Below, in pieces: positions 28,201 to 35,873 of a DNA stretch of 64,000 bases. Positions within the stretch are counted from its first letter, which is position 1. Each line of letters starts with the position of its first letter. The notes below the pieces were generated by a model. It was not told the DNA's origin. It did no database searches and saw only the letters and a list, made by a program, of their open reading frames with translations. The stretch lies in IMG/VR virus record IMGVR_UViG_3300022602_000027; one strand, given 5' to 3'. A program made the translations under genes and the position numbers. This DNA comes from a virus. Taxonomy: Duplodnaviria; Caudoviricetes.

Positions 28201-29417
28201 ATCTATTTAGACCGAAGACTTTAGTAGTTGTTGGTGCAGGAACTGCCGGGATACAAGGGGTATGTCATTATCTTGCGTATCTAGCCAGTCATGGTTGGAT
28301 AATAACTCTTATTCATTCTCCTAAAATTAATATATTAGGCATAGGAGAAAGTACCAATCCTCCATTTGTAGAAGCATTAGAGGATGGAGCAAATTTTAAT
28401 ATACTTGATGATACAGAAAAACTAGATGCTACATTAAAATTTGGAACCCATTATGTAAATTGGAGGGACAATCCCTTTACGGTTCCTGTGCTTACTGGAC
28501 ATGCCGCTTTGCACATTAATACTTTTAAATTAAAAGAGTTTGCACTTCCACGTTTAAAATCAATATGGGGAGACAAATTTCAAATTATCGAAGGAACAGT
28601 CTCTGTATTAGAAAATTACGAAGAATCAGTACGTGTTGTAGTCGACGATAAAGATTATTATTTTGATTATGCTGTTGATAATCGAGGATTTCCAGATTCG
28701 TATGATGACTATAATATAATTGAAGACAATCCAGTTAATCATGCACTCATCCACAACACCCCTGAACGACTTGATTTAAATGCTACACTACACCAAGCAA
28801 CACCAGACGGATGGATGTTTGGTGTTCCGTTAACATCGAGAACTAGTTATGGGTATTTGTTTAACGACAAATTAACCACAGTAGAACAAGCAAAAATTAA
28901 TTTTAGTAAAGAAATTAATGTACCTGTTGAAGAATTAAACAATATAGAATATAAATTTAAATCATATTATGCAAACAAAGTCTTAGATAAAAGAATTATT
29001 AAGAATGGAAATAGGGCTGTATTTTTTGAGCCTATGTTTGCCAACAGTTTATGGTTGTATAAAAATATTGATAAGGCATTTATTAGTTACATGAAAGGAT
29101 TTTTTACAGAAGAAAAAACAAATGAAATATTCAATAATATATCTCAAGATGTAGAAGAGTTAATTTGTTATTTTTATCATGGCGGCAGCATTTATAACAC
29201 AGAATTCTGGCAACTTGTTAAGCCCTATGCTAGTAAAAAATTAGAAAATAGTAGATCTTTTAATGTTATGAAAAGTCTAATGCGTCGACAATATAAGTTT
29301 AAACAATTTGATCCAACAGTAAACGAATACAGTTGGGTGTTTGGTGAAAAACACATGTTTAGTATAGATGAAAAATTAGGTTATAATTATTTTTCTGCCC
29401 CAGATGAAAACAATTAA
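28176..29417 (+). CDS. Divergent tryptophan-halogenase-family flavoprotein (413 aa)
   Basis: GAGTAG FAD motif, LGIGEST, ATLKFG..YVNW, GWMFGVPL (variant WxWxIP), FFEPM. Confidence 0.75.
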   Translation: MPTKEMALDLFRPKTLVVVGAGTAGIQGVCHYLAYLASHGWIITLIHSPKINILGIGESTNPPFVEALEDGANFNILDDTEKLDATLKFGTHYVNWRDNPFTVPVLTGHAALHINTFKLKEFALPRLKSIWGDKFQIIEGTVSVLENYEESVRVVVDDKDYYFDYAVDNRGFPDSYDDYNIIEDNPVNHALIHNTPERLDLNATLHQATPDGWMFGVPLTSRTSYGYLFNDKLTTVEQAKINFSKEINVPVEELNNIEYKFKSYYANKVLDKRIIKNGNRAVFFEPMFANSLWLYKNIDKAFISYMKGFFTEEKTNEIFNNISQDVEELICYFYHGGSIYNTEFWQLVKPYASKKLENSRSFNVMKSLMRRQYKFKQFDPTVNEYSWVFGEKHMFSIDEKLGYNYFSAPDENN

Positions 29418-29440
29418 ATATCACAAATATAGGAAATAGT

Positions 29441-31027
29441 ATGCCAAGTATAGACAAAATTGTAGTTTTAGGTGGAGGTTCAGCTGGGTGGATGACAGCC
29501 GCAACACTTAAACATCATCTTCCCAACAAAGAAGTATATGTAATTGAAAGTCCCAACATACCAACTGTAGGAGTAGGTGAAAGCACTATTGGTCAAATCA
29601 ATGCTTGGCTACATGATTTAGATATTAAAGACGAAGATTGGATGGTTCATTGTGATGCTAGTTATAAACTAAGCATCAAATTTACTGACTTTTACAAAGA
29701 AAATTCAGGAGGATTTCATTATCCATTTGGACTTCCACATGTCGATGGCACTATATTTGGAATTAATGACTGGTACTTTAAGAAAATGAAGTATCCAGAA
29801 ACTCCTAACAGCGATTACGCTTATACTTATTATCCAGCTACTATGCTTTCTGAGGCAAATAAAATTATCACAAATGAAGATAATAAAATGCCGTCATGGA
29901 GATTTAGCAATGATACTGCTTATCATTTTGATGCGGCAAAATTTGGTGCATGGTTAAGAGACGGGTATTGCAAGCCTCGAGGAGTTATACATATTCCTAG
30001 CGAAGTAATTAGTGTACAAACTAATGATAAAGGTGTTGAGAGTCTTACATTAACTGACGGTAGTTTAGTTACTGCTGATTTGTTTATTGATTGCACAGGA
30101 TTTAAGGCAATGCTAATTGATAAAGCATTAGGAGTTCCTTTTATACCCTTTGATCATATGTTGCCTAACAACAGTGCATGGGCTACAAGAATTCCTTATC
30201 AAGACAAAGCAAAAGAATTACAACCATATACTAATTGTACTGCTATTGAAAACGGTTGGGTTTGGAACATTCCTCTTTGGAGTCGAACAGGAACTGGGTA
30301 TGTTTACAGTGATAAGTTTGTAAGTGATGCAGATGCCTTAGAACAATTTAAAAATTATTTACGCAGACGTGATCCTGTTGTTATTCCAGAAGAAATAATT
30401 GATACTTTAGAATTTAAAAATATCAAAATGCGCATTGGTATACATAAAGAAATTTATTCTAAAAATGTATGTGCTATTGGTTTAGCGGCTGGATTTATTG
30501 AACCTTTAGAAAGCAATGGATTATTTACTGTACATGAATTTGTTACTAAATTAGCAAAAACTTTGCGAAGAGAAAGTATTAGTCAGTGGGATAAAGACAC
30601 GTTTAATACTAGTTGCCGTAGAGATTTTAAAACATTTGCACAATTTGTTTCATTGCACTACGCTCTAAGCCAAAGAGATCAAACAGCATATTGGCAAGCA
30701 ATAAATGAAAAACAATTTAGTCTTGACATGGTTAATGACAATATAAACAAATCCGGGTTTGAAGATTTAATGTTTAGTAGAATGAATGGCAATACATACA
30801 CATTAGATTTAGGCGGAATACCTGCTATTGCTGCCGGCATGGGATATTTTCCATTAGACGAAAGTAGTGTTAAACGCAGTATGTATGTTAATAATCATAC
30901 AATGTTACGTGAAGTTATAGAAAATACACTCGAACGCTGGAAAACACAAGAAGCAGAATGGCAATCTATTGTCAACGAAGCTCCTACCCTACTTGAATTT
31001 TTATCTGAAATGTATGCTTCTAAGTAA
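29441..31027 (+). CDS. prnA: Flavin-dependent halogenase, tryptophan halogenase (PrnA) family
   Basis: GGGSAGWMTA, VGVGEST, ASYKLSIKF (catalytic Lys), AYHFDA, FIDCTGF, GWVWNIPL, GFIEPLESNG; TAAATA at 29415-29420. Confidence 0.9.
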   Translation: MPSIDKIVVLGGGSAGWMTAATLKHHLPNKEVYVIESPNIPTVGVGESTIGQINAWLHDLDIKDEDWMVHCDASYKLSIKFTDFYKENSGGFHYPFGLPHVDGTIFGINDWYFKKMKYPETPNSDYAYTYYPATMLSEANKIITNEDNKMPSWRFSNDTAYHFDAAKFGAWLRDGYCKPRGVIHIPSEVISVQTNDKGVESLTLTDGSLVTADLFIDCTGFKAMLIDKALGVPFIPFDHMLPNNSAWATRIPYQDKAKELQPYTNCTAIENGWVWNIPLWSRTGTGYVYSDKFVSDADALEQFKNYLRRRDPVVIPEEIIDTLEFKNIKMRIGIHKEIYSKNVCAIGLAAGFIEPLESNGLFTVHEFVTKLAKTLRRESISQWDKDTFNTSCRRDFKTFAQFVSLHYALSQRDQTAYWQAINEKQFSLDMVNDNINKSGFEDLMFSRMNGNTYTLDLGGIPAIAAGMGYFPLDESSVKRSMYVNNHTMLREVIENTLERWKTQEAEWQSIVNEAPTLLEFLSEMYASK

Positions 31028-31586
31028 TTTTTTATATGAATTTCATTGGGATGAATTTAATATTCATCGAGATGCTCTTATAGAGCATTGTTTAAAAAAT
31101 GAAAAACCTAATACTATAGAATCAAATATTGCTGTAGATGCAAAAACTAATCTTTGGGAAAGCACATTTCATTTTTTAGAAGATAATAATCCGGCAGTTG
31201 TTGCACTAAAACTATGGATGGTTTGTGCTGTTGAAGATTTTATCTGTCGATCTAATCATAAAAAATATAAACTTGCAATAACAGAGTGTTGGGCACATCT
31301 TACAAGGACTAACGGATGGCATGCTCCTCACGCTCATCCAGGTAGTACATGGTCTGGAATATTTTATGTTGATGAAGGTGATAAAAATTGCGGGGGTACT
31401 ACTTGTTTTATTTCGCCATTTAATGTTGAACGTAAACCTGGATTAGATTTCTTTCAAAATGAATGCCGGGTAGTCACCAAACCCGGCATGATGATTATAT
31501 TTCCTAGCTCTCTTATTCACTACGTGCAACCTTACATAGGCACAGCACCAAGAATTACGATAGCATTTAATTCTATCTGTATTTAA
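31014..31586 (+). CDS. 2OG-Fe(II) oxygenase (HxH...H type)
   Basis: Start re-called at ATG 31014; HAPHAHPGSTWSGIFYV, PGMMIIFPSSLIHYV, RITIAFN. Confidence 0.85.
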   Translation: MLLSNFLYEFHWDEFNIHRDALIEHCLKNEKPNTIESNIAVDAKTNLWESTFHFLEDNNPAVVALKLWMVCAVEDFICRSNHKKYKLAITECWAHLTRTNGWHAPHAHPGSTWSGIFYVDEGDKNCGGTTCFISPFNVERKPGLDFFQNECRVVTKPGMMIIFPSSLIHYVQPYIGTAPRITIAFNSICI

Positions 31587-32057
31587 TTATTGATTAACAA
31601 TATTTGGAATAGTGCTCGGAGCGGCTTGATTATATCCTGATCCAGGATTAGTAGGTACAACAACATCAGGCTGTCCTGCACCGGGTGGTGTAGTTAACAT
31701 AGCAGGTTTAGGAATAGCTGCCTTAACACTAGCAATATGTTGAGCCCATTCGCCATTAGGGCTAATGGTACCAGTTGACATTAACTCTCTATAAAGCATA
31801 TCCATTTGATCGTTCACTCCAGCATACGCTCGCATACGTTGCATATAAAACGGCTCTACGGTATTACCAAATTGATCTCGATTAGCCGCATGTGGATCTT
31901 CAAAAGTACCGTCTGGCAATAATAAGAAATAAGTTTCTGTGTTATCAGGACAGTCAGTCCAATACAAACCAGTGTGCGTTTCAAATTGTTCAGCTTCGCT
32001 GTTAACAATTTGCACTACACGGTTTGTAGCTGTTTCTATAAGTGCTCTTTTTGTCAT
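31587..32057 (-). CDS. Probable tail fibre assembly chaperone
   Basis: Follows three fibre genes; RMRAYAGVNDQMDMLY...W..HI..VKA.IPKP pattern; TAAATA-N5-ATG. Confidence 0.5.
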   Translation of the reverse strand: MTKRALIETATNRVVQIVNSEAEQFETHTGLYWTDCPDNTETYFLLLPDGTFEDPHAANRDQFGNTVEPFYMQRMRAYAGVNDQMDMLYRELMSTGTISPNGEWAQHIASVKAAIPKPAMLTTPPGAGQPDVVVPTNPGSGYNQAAPSTIPNIVNQ

Positions 32058-32077
32058 AATACTATTTATCCTATCTT

Positions 32078-33055
32078 TTATCTATATTCGTAGACTATAC
32101 ATATTCCATTGCCGCCGGGGAATCCGCCTTGTCCATTGTGGCTACCAGAAACAGTACTACCACCGCCACCATATGGTATCGGAGCACCGGTATTTTTTTG
32201 TGCAGAATGATAAGTAGGAGCACCATTACCAAAATATCCAGCTCCGCCAGTGGCATCATACCCTGAACTACTGTTACTCTGATCATTATTACTGTGACCA
32301 CCGTTAGTTCCACCTTTGGAATTTAGGGTGCCGCCATATCCATATCCGCCGTGACCGCTAGCATGTCCGTAATTCGCATCTGCGCCATATCCGCCACTAG
32401 CTGACAAATAACCGCCAAAACTTGTAGTGCCCCCTGCACCAATATTTGCATAGTACGAAGCACCACTAGTACCAGTACCTATAGTAACACTAACTGATGT
32501 AATGCCTGACGCCGCTAATATTGTTTCAGAATATCCGCCAGCGCCGCCACCAATATTATAGCTAGTTCCACCGCCACCTGCACCAACACAAACAACGTGA
32601 ATTTGATTAACATCAGTACCACTTTTAGTATAAGTTCCTGAACTAGTAAATGTATAGATATTTTTTAAACGACCTTTTAGTGTATTATCGTGATAAGTCT
32701 TTGCGGCATTTTGTGTAACAGCATAGCTGTTTGTAGCATTATTAGTATAACCACTTTGATTCATGTTAGTATCATTAGATACTTGACTGATTGTTCCGCT
32801 ACCTACACTTAAACTACTAGTACCAACAGTATTAGGTGTGCTAGTTCCGTGGTTTGTAACACTAATAGTTCCGCCAGTAATACTAACACTACTAGCATCT
32901 TGATTGCCTAGACTGTTAGCAACTAATACAGGCACATTACTTGAATTGCCAATCCACATTTTTTTATCTGGGATATTAATTGCTACTTCTCCAGGTTGTA
33001 AACTTGAAGGAGTATTTCCTGGTGTTGTTGAATTTTTAAACTGAAATAAAGGCAT
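32078..33055 (-). CDS. Gly-rich tail fibre/receptor-binding protein, paralog 3
   Basis: N-terminal P.SLQPGEVAIN..DKKMWIGN anchor; C-terminal VVCVGAGGGG...GGAGGYSE...GICIVYEY Gly-rich domain. Confidence 0.7.
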   Translation of the reverse strand: MPLFQFKNSTTPGNTPSSLQPGEVAINIPDKKMWIGNSSNVPVLVANSLGNQDASSVSITGGTISVTNHGTSTPNTVGTSSLSVGSGTISQVSNDTNMNQSGYTNNATNSYAVTQNAAKTYHDNTLKGRLKNIYTFTSSGTYTKSGTDVNQIHVVCVGAGGGGTSYNIGGGAGGYSETILAASGITSVSVTIGTGTSGASYYANIGAGGTTSFGGYLSASGGYGADANYGHASGHGGYGYGGTLNSKGGTNGGHSNNDQSNSSSGYDATGGAGYFGNGAPTYHSAQKNTGAPIPYGGGGSTVSGSHNGQGGFPGGNGICIVYEYR

Positions 33056-33056
33056 A

Positions 33057-33998
33057 TTATTTAAACTCGTAAACTATGCAAATTCCACCCTTACCGTTTT
33101 GACCGTAAGTAGCTTGATTGCCGGCACTACCGCCTGTGCCAAAACCGGCATTTGGAGTATAAGTCCATGTATTATGACAGCTAGGATTTCCGCCACCAAA
33201 GAATCCTGACCCGCCAACTCCGCCGCCACCGGAGCCATTGTTTTGACTGGTCAAATGTCCTGAGCCCCCGCCACCTGGCACGTTAACTTGTCCGCCGTAT
33301 CCGTACCCACCGTGTCCACCACTATGAGTATTATTATTGTTAGCTCCATATCCTCCACTAGCTGATAAGTATGAACCAAAACTAGTTGTGCCACCTTGCC
33401 CATAGTTTCCATAGTAGCCACCGCCACCGCCACCACCGCCTACAGTAATAGTAACTGGCGTTGATATATTTGATATAAGGAAAAATCCTTCTGCATAGCC
33501 TCCAGCGCCGCCACTTTCGTGATATCCAGCGGCACCGCCGCCACCTGCAACGCAAATAACTTTAACACGATTAACTGCTGAACTACTTGGATTGTAACTA
33601 CTATTTCCAGTATAAGAATAAATGTTTAATAATGTATTTGTACCATAAGTATCTACATAAGTTTTAACAGCATTTTGGGTTGGTAAAGTATTTGCATTTG
33701 TTCCTAATGTTGATGAGCTGTTATCAACACCTGTTAATGCTGTACTTGAGCCAACAGTTAAACTAGTAGTGTTTAAGTTAGTTGCAGTTAATGTAGTATT
33801 ATTAATTGCACCACCAGAAATATTAACGTTGCTACTAGTTTGATTACCTAAAGTACCAACAACAATTACAGGATTTCCACTTGCATTACCTACGTGCATG
33901 TGCGGAGTTTGTGTTGAATGGGCTATCTCACCTTGTAATAGCGTTCCAGTTGTAGGTACAGATGTTGAAGTTGAATATTTTGTTGAAATTATTGGCAT
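33057..33998 (-). CDS. Gly-rich tail fibre/receptor-binding protein, paralog 2
   Basis: Same architecture: LLQGEIA, PTQNAVKTYVD, VICVAGGGG, GGAGGYAE, GICIVYEF. Confidence 0.7.
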   Translation of the reverse strand: MPIISTKYSTSTSVPTTGTLLQGEIAHSTQTPHMHVGNASGNPVIVVGTLGNQTSSNVNISGGAINNTTLTATNLNTTSLTVGSSTALTGVDNSSSTLGTNANTLPTQNAVKTYVDTYGTNTLLNIYSYTGNSSYNPSSSAVNRVKVICVAGGGGAAGYHESGGAGGYAEGFFLISNISTPVTITVGGGGGGGGYYGNYGQGGTTSFGSYLSASGGYGANNNNTHSGGHGGYGYGGQVNVPGGGGSGHLTSQNNGSGGGGVGGSGFFGGGNPSCHNTWTYTPNAGFGTGGSAGNQATYGQNGKGGICIVYEFK

Positions 33999-33999
33999 T

Positions 34000-34944
34000 T
34001 TATTTGTACTCGTAAACTATGCATACACCACCTTGTCCAGTAACACCTGAACCGTGTGTACTGGCTCCGCCTGCACCTAATGCCGCATTGGCATAATTCC
34101 ACGGATCGCTATGTCCGTAGTGGCCGCTTTCAATACCGCCTCCAAAAAAGCTAGCTCCGCCATGTCCTGGATTGTGATTTGATGTTGAATATTCATTTCG
34201 ATGTCCGCTTCCACCACCACCGTAGCTGTTGATATTTCCGCCGTAGCCTAAACCACCTTGTCCTCCAGAATGAGTTTGATTGTTGTTAGCACCGCTTCCG
34301 CCGCTTGCTGAACAATATCCGCCAAAGCTGGTTGAGCCACCAGAGTTATAATTTCCATAGTAGCCACCGCCACCGCCACCACTGCTTGATACAGTAACAC
34401 TAACAGTACTGATGCCGCCGGCTGAAATTAGCAATTCTGCATAGCCGCCACCGCCACCACTTTCACCATAAGTAGCTGCAGCCCCACCACCTGCACCTAC
34501 GCACACAACTTTAATATAAGCAACATCGCTACCGCTCTTAGTGTAAGTTCCACTACTAGTGAATACGTACATGTTTTTAAGAGCACCTTTTTTACTGTTA
34601 ACATAAGTTGCCACTGCTAACTGTGTTGGAGTAGATGTTTGACTAGTTCCTAAAGCAGTATTAGTATCAATTGCTGTAATTGCAGGACTATTACCATTAA
34701 TTTGTAAGTTTGTTGCTGTAATTGCGGCTTGTGTAGTATTACCAACTGGAGTATTATTAATTGATCCGCCAGTAATACTAACACTAGATGCCGCTTGACC
34801 AGCCAATGGAGTAGTAAGTAATACTGCTGTAGCGCCATTACCTACCCACATTTTATTATCAGTAATATTATAACCCATTTCACCCGCGGCTAACGTTGGG
34901 GTAACGCCGGTTGATGTACTGGTTTTAATTTTGATAATTGGCAT
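34000..34944 (-). CDS. Gly-rich tail fibre/receptor-binding protein, paralog 1
   Basis: LAAGEMGYNITDNKMWVGNG, PTQLAVATYVN, VVCVGAGGG, GGGGGYAE, GVCIVYEY. Confidence 0.7.
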   Translation of the reverse strand: MPIIKIKTSTSTGVTPTLAAGEMGYNITDNKMWVGNGATAVLLTTPLAGQAASSVSITGGSINNTPVGNTTQAAITATNLQINGNSPAITAIDTNTALGTSQTSTPTQLAVATYVNSKKGALKNMYVFTSSGTYTKSGSDVAYIKVVCVGAGGGAAATYGESGGGGGYAELLISAGGISTVSVTVSSSGGGGGGYYGNYNSGGSTSFGGYCSASGGSGANNNQTHSGGQGGLGYGGNINSYGGGGSGHRNEYSTSNHNPGHGGASFFGGGIESGHYGHSDPWNYANAALGAGGASTHGSGVTGQGGVCIVYEYK

Positions 34945-34946
34945 TT

Positions 34947-35507
34947 TTAGAACGTCCCGCCTACGATTGTACCACTACCTGTCATAGTAGTGTTTAAAGT
35001 TAATGTATTGATTGTTGCATTTGCCGCAGTAGTACCACCGATAGTCACATTATCGATAGTTCCTAATGTAGCAGGTGCAATAATGACTTGTCCTGAACCT
35101 GTTGGGCTAATAGTAACTGTAGCATTAGCTGGCGTTAGTGCAACTACACCGTTAGCTGTTAAGTTGTTAACAAACGTATTAGCACCATTTGAACTAGTTA
35201 ACTGATAGTTTGTACCATCTGAATAGATTGTAACTGTTGCACCGGCTACTAAATTGTAACTAGTTGCAGTTCCTGATTGTCCAGGACCTTGAATATAGCC
35301 ACCATTAGTAACTGAACTCATTGTAATTACACCAGATGTACTATTGTAAAAAGTTTGTGTAGAACCTTGGTATGTAACAGGGCTAGCTAACTGTACAGTA
35401 TATGGTGCAGTTCCAGTAAATTCTGTATAAAGCCCCTGTGCAGGAGTACCAATTGTTGATCCAGAAGAAATTGTTCCTGTTGTGTTGACTGTATTATAAC
35501 GTGCCAT
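34947..35507 (-). CDS. Thr/Gly-rich structural protein (186 aa)
   Basis: Fibre-like composition; tightly packed in the structural operon. Confidence 0.6.
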   Translation of the reverse strand: MARYNTVNTTGTISSGSTIGTPAQGLYTEFTGTAPYTVQLASPVTYQGSTQTFYNSTSGVITMSSVTNGGYIQGPGQSGTATSYNLVAGATVTIYSDGTNYQLTSSNGANTFVNNLTANGVVALTPANATVTISPTGSGQVIIAPATLGTIDNVTIGGTTAANATINTLTLNTTMTGSGTIVGGTF

Positions 35508-35519
35508 ATTTTACTCCGA

Positions 35520-35858
35520 TTAAGATGTTGATGTTTCAATACCGTAGATATTGACGTTAGTTGCTGAACCACCTGATGAAACTACAAAGTTAGCACCCGG
35601 CCCTGCTACAACACCTGTACGTTCAAATACACCGTATGCAACTATGCTAGTTTGATATTCATACGCTTCACTAGGTACTGGACTACCAGTTGTACTAGCA
35701 CCAATATACATTCTTATTGTAACAGTTGCGTTAGTTGTGTTTGTAAATGAAATGTTATATACACCGTAGTATCCAGTTGGAACTGAATACAGTAATGTAT
35801 AGTTTGTAAGACTACCCGCTGTTAGCTGGGTAGTACCTTTTATCCCTGATCCTGCCAT
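35520..35858 (-). CDS. Small beta-rich structural protein (112 aa)
   Basis: LLYSVP..., NISFTN, VNIYGIE; resembles 62581-62907 and the two ends of 56810-57610. Confidence 0.6.
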   Translation of the reverse strand: MAGSGIKGTTQLTAGSLTNYTLLYSVPTGYYGVYNISFTNTTNATVTIRMYIGASTTGSPVPSEAYEYQTSIVAYGVFERTGVVAGPGANFVVSSGGSATNVNIYGIETSTS

Positions 35859-35873
35859 ATTAATTCTCCAATT

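Noticed and set aside
23325-31586. Radical (non-heme Fe/2OG) halogenase among the oxygenases
   Set aside because: That class has HxA/HxG in place of HxD/E; all six here have HxD or HxH
32078-34944. Diversity-generating retroelement or invertible cassette acting on the three fibre paralogs
   Set aside because: No reverse transcriptase or invertase in the window; paralogous segments differ at synonymous sites of all bases, not adenine-specifically; no flanking inverted repeats seen
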